Source: Calcarisporiella thermophila CBS 279.70 (Eukaryota > Fungi > Calcarisporiellomycota). Taken from it: DNA of 64,000 nt. The translations under genes were made by a program, and so were the position numbers. Under the pieces are notes generated by a model. It did not search any database. It had not been told where the DNA came from and saw only the letters and a program-made list of their open reading frames with translations. Positions 12,936-26,481 of the stretch are shown one piece after another (the stretch's first letter is position 1; each line of letters begins with the position of its first letter). The stretch spans positions 1,215,111 to 1,279,110 of the forward strand of contig NW_027192192.1 in the NCBI RefSeq assembly GCF_041956535.1, written 5' to 3'.

Positions 12936-13280
12936 TTAATAACACTTATTAACGAACTCCGTTGAAGCATATGCGCCACATTCTCTGGTCAACCGATCAC
13001 AAGTGTCCTTGCACAGGGGAGTATTTGAGTTGCAAATTGTATCTCCAAAACAACTTGGCCTAGTCGAGATACAATTGCCCGATGCCACATATTTGCTTTT
13101 AAGGCAATCAACGAACCCGTAGGTATTTTTCAATGGCATCGTCCACTTGCAACTCTGCTCGCAGCCCTTCGATTTGTCTGTCAAGGTAACATTCCAGGTT
13201 TTACAATCATTTTCGTAGTTAGCAGCATTGACGAACAAAGCCATGGCGCATGCGACGAGTAGTTGAATCTTGAATGCCAT
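12936..13280 (-). CDS. Small secreted cysteine-rich protein (114 aa), intronless
   Basis: Hydrophobic N-terminal signal peptide (MAFKIQLLVACAMALFVNA) and 11 Cys in the predicted mature region. Confidence 0.75.
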   Translation of the reverse strand: MAFKIQLLVACAMALFVNAANYENDCKTWNVTLTDKSKGCEQSCKWTMPLKNTYGFVDCLKSKYVASGNCISTRPSCFGDTICNSNTPLCKDTCDRLTRECGAYASTEFVNKCY

Positions 13281-14993
13281 TTTGATGTCGAGGTAAGAGT
13301 TGCAAGATCAGAGCTTTTTCAAATTATTAGAATCAAAAGAATTGCAAAATCCATCTCATCCGTGGCTCAAATCGTTCCCTTTTATGTTTTCAAGATTTCC
13401 TTCGAATCTTCCCGTGGCGAATTGAAGGCAAATTATATTTGATTAGACTGTTTCTATTTACAACTGACTCAGGGTGCTTTTCGTGGGAATCGGAAATGAA
13501 ACTCTACGCAGAGCATTGAGATAAGACTCTTAAATTAGAGTTGCCAAATATAACGGGATCAGCTAAAACGCTTCACGCTCATTCTGCACTGGTATTGGTG
13601 CTTTACATCCATACTTTTATTTGTAACTTGCAATTTAACTACTAGGATTTAAGCACATTCAGATCGAACGTCTGAGATAGGATGTATTGAGGTTTTATAT
13701 GGATCTATTTCTAATTAACTAATAGCAAGCTGGCAGTATGTTTCCGTTAAAACCTAGAGAAAATCATGCTAGATATAAAATTGTCACTGAAACATGAAAT
13801 GCAAAAAATCCAATTATAATAATATTATAGCATGCTGAGTCAATTTATTGAGAAATACCACTTAAAAAAAAAGGCTATTTGATAGAAAATTTCAGGGCAT
13901 AGTTACCAAGCCGGATTACATAAGGGTTTGAATGCTAACATTTACGAGTTTTTAGACTCGCTAGTTTTGGACTTTGATCGAATTTCTCTAAGTAATCCTA
14001 ACAGCAATTAATATTCTGTTAAGATTATTTGGGCTAGGCATTTATTATTGAAAAGAGTTAGGTGAATGTTATATGGGGCTCAAGATGCTTATATTTATAC
14101 TTTTTCTTTGGATCCATTATGATGCTTCAAAATTAATTTGATGAATTATTTTAAAACTACCAAAAAGAGCTCGCCGTTTAATAAACTTCACAGTCGATGC
14201 TGGAGATTACAGCACAAATCAAATGAAGCTCAAATAAATCGATTAAGTAGCTAAATACATCCTGGTACTCGCTTACAACCATGGTCATCTATTTTTTGAT
14301 TTTTGTTCACCCAACATCAGCATGATCTTTTGTTCAATCTTTAGGCAAAAGGGCAATATTCACAACCGTATCTATACGTGCTTCAACAGCTAGCATTGTT
14401 TAAACAGATTAAACTGCGAAATTTAGTTTTTGTTTAAGTCGCCAGAAACGATAATCTGAACACCCATCATCATCGCATTTAGTAAATTTTACTATACAAC
14501 TTAGAATAATAAATAAACCGTGAATAATTTACGCTCTAATTATACTTCATAACAAGATTTCTTCTTTAATTTTAAATCGTTGCATTTTATGTCTTAGGGA
14601 ACATCTAAAAATAGAGGTAAAGTAATAGCATGTGCAATAGACTAAATTCTGGTGCTGTATTGAAAGTATCAGCATGGACACGGATGTGAATATTTATAAT
14701 TTCAGTTGAAATATTATATTTTAAGATGATTATAACGTAAAATGTAAGAAATTAAATGCGCTGAATATATAAGTAATCTAATATACTCAGTATCATTATA
14801 GCTCTAACAATAATTCGTTTAATCAAATGCAATCAGTTTAGAAAAGCCACCCCTTGAGATATGATTTTGGCATCTCGATTATTTGTATTGTTGGCTGTGA
14901 CTGCTTTAAACATTCGCCACCAATCAGGTGTACTTCGATAAAGTCAACAAGTATTCATTTCCTTTTTATTTTAATTCAATTATATTCATTAAA

Positions 14994-16969
14994 ATGACAC
15001 TACCGCAATCATTAAGGTGCACTGCGCAGATTCTTCTGCGTAACCACCGGTTGTACACTATGGCTACTCCTGCCTTAATACGACAGCTTTCCGTAAGAAC
15101 TTCTCAAGGTAAGGTGCAAGATCGAAAGGCTTTTCGATTACTGAGGCTTTTAGAGTTGATTCCCTGCTCATTGTTACTGTGTCGTTTTATTGAGACAATC
15201 CACACTATGCTACTAGATACTAATTGTTTCTTCCTTTATTTTCCATTCGATTTTTATTAGTCTCTTCTATCCTAAGACAAAGAAGCTACCTCAATCCTAT
15301 TAAGACTTCTTATTCTGCACTTCATACTGCATCCTCTCCTCAAGCTGCCGTTGCTTCACTCAAGCTCGAACCTGAACCAGAAACTCCCACTGAATATGTA
15401 CCTGTTCCTTTTAGTTCCATATCCTCCATTTCTCCTAAACTGCAAAAGGCTCTTGCAAATGTTTTTGGTTATGAAACAATGTCTAAAGTACAACATGCAG
15501 TTCTCTCACGTATGCCACTCGATGCTGATTTGCTTGTTAAAGCAAAAACTGGAACAGGCAAAACACTCGCCTTCTTAGTGCCTGCTATTGAAGAAGCTAT
15601 CAAAACCACGCCAAAAGAACGCCGTAACAAAGTATCCGTTTTTATTATTTCGCCCACTCGTGAATTGGCACAGCAAATCGCTTCGGAAGCTGAAAAGCTA
15701 GTTACTTTTCACCGGCTCAAGGTCCATTGCTTGGTAGGGGGAGAAAAGCGGTATCACCAGGTAAGGGGGCTACTCTCTAAGCCAGTGGATATTGTGGTGG
15801 GCACCCCAGGGCGACTGAAGGATTTACTTGAATCGGAGAAAGAGTTCAAGCGTCAGTGTGATGGTGTGAAAGTGGTGGTTCTGGATGAGGCGGACAGGTT
15901 GCTCGACATGGGTTTCCGCGATGAAATTGAATCTATTCTTGAATATTTGCCAAGCAATCGCCGCTCGCTTCTCTTCTCTGCAACCGTTGCTCCGGAAATC
16001 CGTCAGATCGCAGCTACCACTCTGCGCCCTGATCATGTTTACATCGATACCGTCGATCCTAACGATGTGAACACTAACCTCCAAGTGAAACAAACCTATA
16101 GTGTTATCCCACTGGAGCAACAGCCTTTGGTCGTGCACCAACTCCTCAACCAACACCGCGAACAATGCCCGCGTGAGAATAAAGCTATAGTATTCCTGCC
16201 TACAACACGCTCAACTGAACTTTATGCTCAAGTGTTTCGCAATATTCTACCCCAGTTTAAAGTATTTGAACTTCATTCGAGAATGGACCAGAGACGCCGC
16301 ACCAAGATTGCAGATAACTATCGACGCGCACGCGGGAACGCAGTCTTATTTACATCAGATGTATCAGCTCGGGGGGTTGACTATCCAGGCGTGACAATGG
16401 TACTACAGGTGGGAATCCCGTCTTCGCGCGAGACTTACATTCATCGTCTAGGACGTACAGGCCGTGCAGGAAAGGAGGGCGAGGGCAAGCTTTTGATCGC
16501 ACCTTTTGAACGCCGCTTCGTTGAGGACGAACTGAATGATCTGCCAATCGAGAAGGTGAATGCTGACATCAACACAGAGGTCGAAGAAACTCAGTTGGTG
16601 CGTGCAGAACTGGAAAGAGTTATCCAAAATACAGATGAGGAGTTGCTACAGTCGGCATGCCATGGTTTCCTAGGATATTATGCAGGTCAGCTGGGTACAC
16701 TTGGCTTCCCGAGGCACAAACTTTTAAGATACCTAGATGAATATGCAAAAGGTTTTGGATGCGAGGAAACACCCTATGTTCCCGCCATGCTGGTGGAGAA
16801 GCTCGGTTTGAAAGAGCGCAAACCTCGATCTGAGTTTAACGGCCGGTCTTCCTTGCGCAATTCTAACAGGTTTAGATCCCATGGCGACGGCAGATTTCCA
16901 CGGTTCGATGGACGGAATCGTGGGCAAAAAAAATATGCGACCCGCGGACAGGACGCCAACCTATTCTGA
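14994..16969 (+). CDS. MSS116: Mitochondrial DEAD-box RNA helicase (MSS116/CYT-19-like), 1 intron (~15109-15260)
   Basis: Motifs AKTGTGKT, PTRELA, DEAD, SAT, SDVSARGVDYPGV and HRLGRTGRAG. Arg/Ser-rich presequence-like N-terminus and basic C-terminal tail. Confidence 0.85.
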
Positions 16970-17514
16970 GATGATGGAAGAGTGAGCTCCAATGTGAATT
17001 AGAGCATAGAGGAAAAGGCCTAAGTTGCATTTATAGAAAATAGAAACAGAGAAGTTTTGTTTGATATTTTCCAAAAATTGATATTTTTTAGTTTTATTAT
17101 ATTTTTTTTTTCCTATATTTTATATTTTTTTCTTTTACTTTTATTTTCGAGGTTTTCGTCTTATGTAGAGGTTGCTTTTATATATTTATATATAATATAC
17201 CTTGCACTAGTAATTTTGAGAAATGTATTTTCAAGCTTTGTTCATTTTTCAAACACTGTGTAAAATCGCCTCCAAATTTCTTCAGAAAAATAAAATAGAT
17301 TAAGTACATCCAATTTTTGTCAAGGGAAAGATAATCAAATATAAACATACTGGCAATTCAAATGGATCCCTTTAAGAATCAAAAATAAAAAATCTCTGAA
17401 GTAGCATGGTCAGGGAGATAAGCATGTATACGCACAAAAAAACGACAAGTAACCAAAGAGTACAAAGCAGATAAAATGATTATCTTCTCAGGTACTTCTG
17501 AATTGATATCATAC

Positions 17515-20500
17515 CTAGTCTTGCCCATTTGTCACTTTTTTCGCCTCCTCTTCTAGCACCTTTTTAACTTCCCCTAGCTGCTTTTCCCATTCCAACACCT
17601 TTCCATGGCTTGTCTGAATCATATTAAGTAGATATGCGACTCTCCCCTCCAATTCCCGCGGAGCCTTGCTTCCACCACCGAATAACCAGCCCCCTGTACT
17701 CGTAGAGAAAAGCGATGCAAGTCCCCGTAGTTCCTCCTCCAATTGATTGATCTTTTGAGTCTCTTGTGAAATAAGGTAGGAGAGCGATTGCTGTTCCATC
17801 TCAGCGGAGAAGCTACGATCCGCAACAATATCGCGGAAAGCAGCAAGATAGACGGGTTTTCCTGGGCGGATTGATTGTGGCCGACCTAAAAGACAATATA
17901 TAAGGGATTTATAAAATATATATATTCGAGAACAATATTCAATAGAAACCATTATAGTGCGAGATGGAGATCAGCTCGGAGCGTTCCATAGCCTCAAACG
18001 GCCTGTCATCACCTTTGAAAAATCCACTCCATTTTAATTCCTCATAACTCGCCTATATTCAAGAGATGGCGAATTCAATCAAAAGTCGAACATCTATAAA
18101 AAAATCGTATGGCCTACCACTCCATTTTCTGCCAAGGCCTTAATCACCTGCCATATTTGCACCTCGTTCCACATAATCTTTTCCACATCCTCTGCATCCT
18201 CCCCAAACGCATGTTTGCGGATTTCCGTCACAGCCTTTGTTACGATATCCGCTGCTGCCTCTGATGTAATAGAGAAAATAACGACATAAGCGCATAATCA
18301 GATCAAACACAAAGATTCGCCTCACTCAGTCACCAAAACATACCTCTCAACGACCATCCTCCCCGGACGCGTTGCACGAGTAGGTCCAAGTCTGTTAATC
18401 GTCCACCTAGCATTCGCACGCTCTCCACTAACTCGGGGGTGTCCTCGTGCTGATCCAAATGCTTGCGCACGTACTCCAGAGCCGTCTCAGTGGACGCATC
18501 TGAGAGAGTCACGATATTGAAGGTTTTATTAGGGAGGGCTGCAGATACGAAAAATTAGACTCGAATCCACTTGAAGTTTTTCAAAGTCCATATATACCTC
18601 TACTGATAGTCTTGTTTGCTTGCACATTATTGCTCACAAACACTACATGTGCGACATGATTCTCTACAAGAACTGCTGCCCACTCTGCCAAGCTATCCCA
18701 CATTTCCTTAAACCCACTCTTCTCGCGTAAAAGGAATCCATCGATGACCACAACAGGAATATCATCCAAATCCAATTTTAGCTCCTCTTCTGTTGATAGT
18801 GATTGCTTGCGTTTCTTTTCGCCTTGCGCCTCCACGGAATGCTTTGTAGGGGTAATATCATGAAGTGCCAATGCTGTGGTTTCTAGTATCTGTTTAATAA
18901 GGCTTTCGCTCGAAGCAGAGAGACCTATTCCACAATGAATTAATCATAAATCCATCTTCGCTACCAGTCTTGTGCGTAAATGACCAAACTATATACCTGT
19001 TTTCTGGCCAGTAGTAGCGGTCACAATCGCATCTAGCATGCCACTTGCTGATGTCAAGAATGTAAAAACAGGGAAATATCCAACTTGCTTCGCAAGCTCA
19101 GCCGCAGTGGCATTCATGCTTCTCGAGGAGACAAGATTATCGCAATTGATAATGAGTTTATGTCTGAAATAAGAGACAAATAGCACAATGAGATCCCTCA
19201 TAATGATATGCTTATAGCTAAAATCCTCGTATACTTTTTCTTTTCGATGGCTTTTCGCACCAAGGCCGACTGAGAAAAAATAGGGAAATTAACAAATAAT
19301 AAACTATTGTGTTTATAACGATGGAAAGATTAAATTCTGATTTACCTTGCCACTTCCTTTAGGTCCAGTAACAATAATAAAGGTTTCTAGTGCAAAGGGA
19401 GAAAGATTTAGGGGTTTTCGATACTAATGTAAAACCCAGCTATTTTGTTACCAGGATATTCATTTAACCAATTTATCAGCTGCTCATTGCTCTCTGCACG
19501 ATCTGACCATCCAGTCACATCTTCTCCAGATGGTGCAGGAGAAGTGAGACGTGCCCAAGTTTCACGTCTTAACCAACGGTACAACGCATATTCATCGGGA
19601 TTAAAGCGGCGAGTTATTTTGGAAGTAATGCAAAAGATTCGAATGGGATCGAAGACCGCCCAAGTAATGAGACCGAGAGAACCAGCAATCCTATAATGGG
19701 AAATGAGTTGAGTATTTTTTCATGGAAAAACGAGATGAATATAACCAACAGGGGAATCTACACATTATCAAAAGAGGGATTAATTCGTTATCGCCAGATA
19801 ACAGATGGTCTAGTTTTATAAAACACTTACAGCAATTCGAGGATGTGAGGTTATCCATTGTTTAATCACATTAGTCCGCTATGCGTTTACCGAAATAATA
19901 ATAAGCATTTGCATAAGATATCTTTCGTATTATCATACTATACCATTTGCCTCTCATAAAATATACTAAGTCGAGCATCTTCCACCCTCATCCCGTGCAA
20001 ACAATTACGCGCACTGGTTGCGTTCCTTACGCGTGTGAATTGAACAATCGCATATTTGGGCAATTCTTTCGCCGACGGAGATATGAGTTGAATATCGAAT
20101 ATACGTCCAAATTGACGGAAGGTTTTGTAGAGAGCTTCCATAGACGGGAAATTTGTAGCGCCTTGAAATTCGACTTTGACTTTTGGGCTGGCATAATGCA
20201 GCACCATATCTAAAGGATAAAACCCTAAATAACCCCTAAAGAGAGAGTATAGTGCATACGGGCATCACCTTCCATAAACGGCTCCCCACGAACAACAAAA
20301 GCTCTTACTCTCTGCAGATTAAACCAGCTGATTATCTTTTTATCTTTGAGATGAGTTTGTATGCGATTCTGGATCTCATCCAAAAGCTTCTGAGGGCTTT
20401 CGCCCTCTGTAGTGCGAAATTCAAAACGAAGAAATGCACCTCCATCTTTCAATCTACAATAGGAATAATCGAATTCAATTCTTATAAAAACATACGAATA

Positions 20501-20893
20501 AAAACAAACCTTGGTATAGCATCCTTAATTTTGAATCCAAAAGGCATAATAGGAACAATCTCACGCTTTGCTCTATTCAGGATTTGGTCAGTTGAGGGTC
20601 TGAACAGGATTTGTCGTACATCGAACATATTGAATCGGAGAGGATAAAGATTATCTATATAAACCATGCCCTCTTTCATTTCCTCTTTCTAAATTGAGAA
20701 TGAGGAGCATCTACAAATGAGTATCCATGATAAAAATATAGACGTAAACCTTTTCATTTACCGATGCGCTTTCTCCATTATGAAGAAATCTCGCTCTGCA
20801 CCTAGTCTCAGATACTCTCCTGTAGGAGCTGAATGTAGATCTGTAAAATCGGAACGACCGATTACACATAAGTCTTCCCCTTAATCCCTGCAT
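17515..20893 (-). CDS. YME2: Mitochondrial escape protein 2 (RRM + RNA12/AAA-like domain), many exons
   Basis: Motifs KDGGAF, FVVRGEPFME, ARNCLHG, GPKGSGK, QVGYFPVF, LAEWAAVLVENHVAHVVF, LGGRLTDL and PQSIRPGKPVY. Confidence 0.9.
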
Positions 20894-21312
20894 TCTTAGA
20901 CTGGGAATTAAGAGAATGCAAAAAGAATGTTTTGTTATAATATTTTAGGGGTTAAAACGCGCTATGAAGTTGAGAGACCGTACTATGAAAAGGGGACGCC
21001 AAGCATGCATTGTGGTGGCCAAATGCACTAAGCCATAAAAATTGTAATTATTCGATAAATATTATGCTGAAATGATGTGCTTCAAATATATAGAAAGCCA
21101 GGAAACGATTGTTATTTGTGTAATCCATTCATCTGATATACTTTTTTGGCAGAGTATATACGATGGTGCGATATTAATATATAATAGTCTCCTCCAAAAC
21201 AGGAGCCTTTGCGGGCCTTTATTAAGGGCAATATTCTGCTCTGTACCCTTATACAAGGAAAGAACAGGAAAGCGGTAGCTTCAGCAAACATATACATGCT
21301 CTCGTCAGCAGC

Positions 21313-21975
21313 TCACGGGATGACTACTCGAATCTTATCTTCCAAAACTATGAACTCGACGTGCTCCAAATCCTGGGCAATGGCGGTGGGGCTAACTGCT
21401 TCCAATTTTTCTCGGGAATGGCTCGTAAGAACAGCCAAGGTCTTTGCTCCGGCTTCACTCGCCGATCTCAAACCTGCTGGCGAGTCCTCAATAGCCAAGC
21501 AATCCTCGGGTTTGAATCCCATGAGTGCGGCCCCCTTTAGATACGGCTCCGGATGCGGCTTCCCGTTGACAATTTCATCAGCAGTAATGTATGATTTTGG
21601 CGCTTTCATCCCCAAGTAATTAAGACGCCTCTCAGCGAGTTCAATTGAGCAGCTAGTTACGATGGTCCATCTTTCTTCTGGTAGCCTCTTCAGCAATTTC
21701 TCTACCCCAGGAAGAATGGTTATACCTTCTAGCGAAGTGGGATGCTCCTGCTCTAGACGCACCGCATATTCAGGGTCGTTCTCTATGAGATCAGGGCGAA
21801 AGTGACGTACAACATCGTCTCCCCGCACACCGTGTACATAGGAGAGCACCGCGACTGAGTCAACGTTGTTAAGAGTCGCCCAGCGGAGCCAAAAAGTCTC
21901 GACTGGCTTGGTACTGTCTATGAGTGTGCCGTCAAGGTCAAAAAGAATACATTTAGCTTCAATAATTTTAGGCAT
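21313..21975 (-). CDS. HAD-superfamily sugar/glycerol phosphatase (GPP/DOG/YfbT-like), intronless
   Basis: Motifs FDLDGTLIDS, IVTS, GKPHPEPYL and EDSPAG. Confidence 0.88.
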   Translation of the reverse strand: MPKIIEAKCILFDLDGTLIDSTKPVETFWLRWATLNNVDSVAVLSYVHGVRGDDVVRHFRPDLIENDPEYAVRLEQEHPTSLEGITILPGVEKLLKRLPEERWTIVTSCSIELAERRLNYLGMKAPKSYITADEIVNGKPHPEPYLKGAALMGFKPEDCLAIEDSPAGLRSASEAGAKTLAVLTSHSREKLEAVSPTAIAQDLEHVEFIVLEDKIRVVIP

Positions 21976-22477
21976 GCCGATCGAAACCTCTCAAAAATAT
22001 TATTTGTATTAAATAGATTTGGATAGCTTATGCAGCCGTAACGAAAAAATAATTCTCAGGGGGGGGGGGGTTATCGGTTCTTTATAAGTCTCCAAAAGAG
22101 TGAACAAACCATCCATAAAACAATTAATAATTGGGGCTGTCGAATTAATATGCTAAGCGTGACATCTGTAATGCTATAATTAGCGCACAATTCACAAATA
22201 CTGACTCATTCTGCAATCACATTCTATTAATAGAACGATGTTTTCAAGTACCACCCAAAACAAACAGAATAGAAGGAATGATAATGAAAAGAAAAGGAAT
22301 TTGAAAAGAGAAGAAAAATAGAAAAACAAAGAGGGAAAAAAATATTGTTCACTGATATATATATATATCAGTATAAAAGAAAAAGTTCTAAGCGCTAGAA
22401 TTCTTAATTTTTCCAATTATGAAAAAATAAGGAATCTATTTAACATTATTATGTATATAACGTATAACTTTACGCTG

Positions 22478-23996
22478 TTACTCAAGATTTTGGGCCCATT
22501 TCTCAAGATCAACCTTCTCAGCTGATGCTACAACAAGGAATGGGTGTGTCTTTAAAAGCAGAAAAGGTTAGTGTCATGTATATGAATTGAAAAAGAAGTG
22601 TTATTCGAAATTACCCTAAGTTCCTTCGGGGTTGGTCGATCTTTTACCTCTTTGATTAAACTATAAGTATAAATTGGGTTAATACTAAGATGGATGGCAA
22701 ACAGAAAAATTTCGGTATACCTCTTTTCCACGAAATTCTCAAAGTCGGGCGGGAATTTTCCAGGCGGAAGCGTTGGAACAGGTTCGTGGACAATATGTTG
22801 CAATAACTCAAAGATTGAGAGTGGTTTTCCGTCAGGGGTTAATGGGAAGCGGCCTAACGCTAATTCCATAAGCGTGATACCAAGCGACCAGATATCAGAT
22901 TTTACAGTATAAGCCGCGCCTTGGATCCTCTCCGGCTAAATCCAGCTTATCAGACCAATTTCAATTTAAGATAAAAGTTTCTATACATACCGACATGTAT
23001 GAACTTGTTCCCACAAATGTGTCTGCTATTGAATTAATAAGTTGACCCGAGACGCCGAAATCACATAGTTTAATCTGGCCGCTCGAATTGACGAGAATGT
23101 TGGATGGTTTTACATCTAACAAAATAGTTCTCTGAGTATTGGTACAAGCTCATAAAAAAAAAGATGAATGTCTGATTGTTTACCTCGATGAATGATACGA
23201 TGATTATCATACAAATATATCAGACCATCTAGGACCTATCCAACGCAATAAAGTTCAGATAAAGCTTCTGAAAACCCTGTTTAATACACTCACTGCGCTG
23301 GTGATTTTGCCAATCACGCCCATAGGAATAGGCCCATTCTTCTTGTAAATCTTGTCAAGAGATCTGAAATAGTTAGACGATGAAATTAGAAATTTCTCTG
23401 TAAATCTCGTAATAAAAAAAGTCCATGTACCCGACATCCATGTACTCCATACATATGCTAATGTCGTTTCCATTCATAAAAGCACCATAAAATGACACGA
23501 TATGTCGATGATTACAGTCGTGCATGAATTGCATCTCACGTAAAATCTGCTTTCGTACGTTCGGTTTAGCGTCAACATGAATAATCTGGAGGAACGAATA
23601 AAATGGGAGTTAGATTTGGATCGATTGTATTATCCAGGCATTGGTACACACCTTCTTTGCCATCACAGTTTTGGTTGGCATATGCAATACTTTCGTCACT
23701 GTACCGCCGTTTCCTGCTCCTAATTCTTCGAGCGGCTTGAGATCTTCTGCACGCACATCGAGCATCAATTCCAGCCCAATTTCGAGATCTTTTAGCTGCT
23801 CGAGGAATTTTCCGTATGGATCTCTGCCCTCTGCACCTCCAGTTGGCGGCTTATCGGATTTTGGCTTGCTGTTGGCAACATTTGTTGTATTTGACGGCTG
23901 ATCATCTGGGGACTGCTGCGCTACTACAGGCGAATTCTCCAGGGTCAGATTCTTGAAATTGCGTTTGCGGCGGATGCTAGAGGGGGTTTTGATCAT
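22478..23996 (-). CDS. STE7: MAP kinase kinase, STE7/Byr1/Fuz7 type; multi-exon
   Basis: N-terminal docking motif [11 protein letters not shown]. Kinase motifs [48 protein letters not shown] and KSDIWSLG. Confidence 0.9.
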
Positions 23997-25777
23997 GTTA
24001 TTTTTGCTGGATGATGAGGAGAGAGTTTAGATGAGAACAGAGTGAAAAGTAGAAAAAAGAATAATAGACAAGGCTAGTTTGAAAATCTTGATGTAATTAA
24101 TAGTAGAGAGAGGGAAATAGCAGGGAGGAGTAGCACTATAGGGTTAAAATATCATCTTTTTTAGCAAGAAAGAGTTAATCTGTTGTCTAATCTTTAAACA
24201 AAGGGAAGAAACCAGTTGAAATCGGCAGAAAAAATAAAGAAACACAGCAGCAGAAGTGAAATAAAGAAAAAGGGGTTTATTTTACTGCGGAGTTCGGTGA
24301 CAAAGTATTAATTCCTGTCTCAATCATCACAATATATTGGCCAAAAGCAGATGAAAATATCCAGAATAAACCTAAAACTACGGGCAATAATGGGAGACGT
24401 TCTATACAGCCCTGAGAACTAAACGCACAACCAACTGCGGGCGCACGCAAAAGCAAGCAGTAAGGGGAGGAAAGGATGGGCTTGCTTTGACTCCGCTTGG
24501 CCCGTTCCTAGAGAAGTTTGACAGAGAGGGGAAAAGCGTGGAGATCCTTTTAGATAACGTTCGAGACACTAATCGAGAGGAAAGAAAATAAGGATATGTT
24601 GCGCGCGTATGTGTAAGTTTAGCCCCAATTGATAGGTTTTATATCTCGAATAGAGCTTGCTATAAGAATGCTAGCATCAAGTGAATGATTTACACAATGA
24701 AAAGAATAAATTCCAACATGTTGTTCTTTCATCTGGTTCCATTATTTTGTACAATTCCGCCACACAACAAGTACAACCATGGCTAATCTATAGATGAGGA
24801 TATAAGATCTGAATTCGTTGATCATAAAGAAATTTTGTTGTGTTAGATCAATAACATCTGCCTTTAAGGACTATTAGCAGATCAGCATAAGCAAATATTG
24901 AAACGATAAATTACGCATGAGGGTTGTGTGGGTCGATGCGGCTCTGTAACTGTGAGAAATAGATTTACTTTTTTGTTCTGTTGTGGTATGTTTCCGTATG
25001 GAGTTTTCTTTATTTGAATTTGGTGTAAACGGTACAGTAGACTCCCCCACAAAATTTCTACTTTTCTTGTGCTAACCTGTTTTCTCATTAAATTTCGGGT
25101 CAAACAGCGATAATAAAAAAGCTTAGTTCAATTTTTTGAAGGGTCAAGAACAAGAAGAATGAAATAATTCTATTCTCTTAGGTAATTATGAATTGGGCTT
25201 CTAGTGGTTTTCCTTAAACGTAAATGATTTACCTTACATAACAAGCTTTATGGAGTCCATAATCTGCTAACGATAAAATACTTAGAGCTATGCTGATAAT
25301 AGTGTATGAAATATATATTAGCTCTTAGCCCCCGATTTCATTTATGTATTTAACAGCATCAGTGGAAAATAATTAGGAATATATTTCAATAAAGTAACCA
25401 CACCCGATCTTCTCTTCTTTCAACCAGACTAAATTGACATGTGTATGTTGTATAATTTTCAAGCATTACAGTAAGATATTATACTCATTCGAAATTTTTT
25501 TTTTTGGAACTTAATTGTTTGAGTTGGCAGACATTATTGTGCTTTGGACTCAGAATGCTCCAAATGTTTCCATTAAGATTATAGTCGAGAGTGGCAATTA
25601 AGAGCTAATATTAGAGGTTACTAAAATTTTAAGTGAAAATTGCAAAGAAATATACAAGTGACAAGAAGAGAGGGTGAAGAAGCTAAAAAGCAATAGAGGG
25701 TGAAGGTTAATCTAGAAACGCTATAGTAAAGACATATCTCCAGTAGATAAAAGGTAGAAAGCGTTCATTTTTTGAGG

Positions 25778-26481
25778 CTATGAAAAATTGAAGAACACTG
25801 CTGCGCTTAAGAATACCACGAAGCCTAAATTGATTGCAGAAGATGGTGCCTCATTTTGGGTAAAGAAGGAAGAAGGAGAATTTAAGGCTATTCCAACTAG
25901 CTTATTGTCGACGCGTTCAAAATCTCTTTCAGTAATTTCGGCTGCTTCAACTGTCCTTGTATCAGATCCATCGTCACTATGTTGACTTGAAAGTCAGAGA
26001 ACATGATATACTAATTGTAGAATTAGCGCAATCTGCTCCTACCTTTTGGAAATGCTAGAACATTTTGCGTCATTGCATATGTTGGTACAATTTGCATTTC
26101 TGATTTTGAGATTAGGAATGCATCGCTGCATTCCTTCACTGCACTTTATATCGAAACCAGCATGTAAGTCAGTTTTCAGAAAATGAGATAGCTTTTAGAT
26201 CCAACGTGATTATTCGAAATTACCTGAGAAAGCTCAGAGATACCAGGAGCGACTCCGTTATTACAGATACAGCAATAAGATAATGTGGTTTCATCGCAAT
26301 CGTTCACAGAGGCAAACATGTTATAATCTTGACAAATGAGATCACAGGCTTTCATCTGTAGTACACACTGTTCTGATGATCGGGCATGTACAGCAATGTC
26401 GTTGCTGGAGACTACTTTCACAACGCCAAGAAATATGAAGAGCGACAGAAATGAGCATGGTAGGAAGATTGACGAGTGCAT
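25778..26481 (-). CDS. Secreted Cys-rich, probably GPI-anchored cell-surface protein, 3 exons
   Basis: Signal peptide, then CVLQMKACDLIC...NDCDETTLSYCCICNNG. The C-terminus has a small-residue omega-like site followed by a hydrophobic tail (NEAPSSAINLGFVVFLSAAVFFNFS). Confidence 0.7.

Noticed and set aside
13300-14900. AT-rich 1.6-kb gap considered as a decayed transposon
   Set aside because: I found no terminal repeats and no transposase or reverse transcriptase motifs.
21313-21975. Horizontal transfer of the intronless HAD phosphatase (and of intronless PAN5)
   Set aside because: Both families are widespread in fungi, and lack of introns alone is not evidence without a phylogeny.
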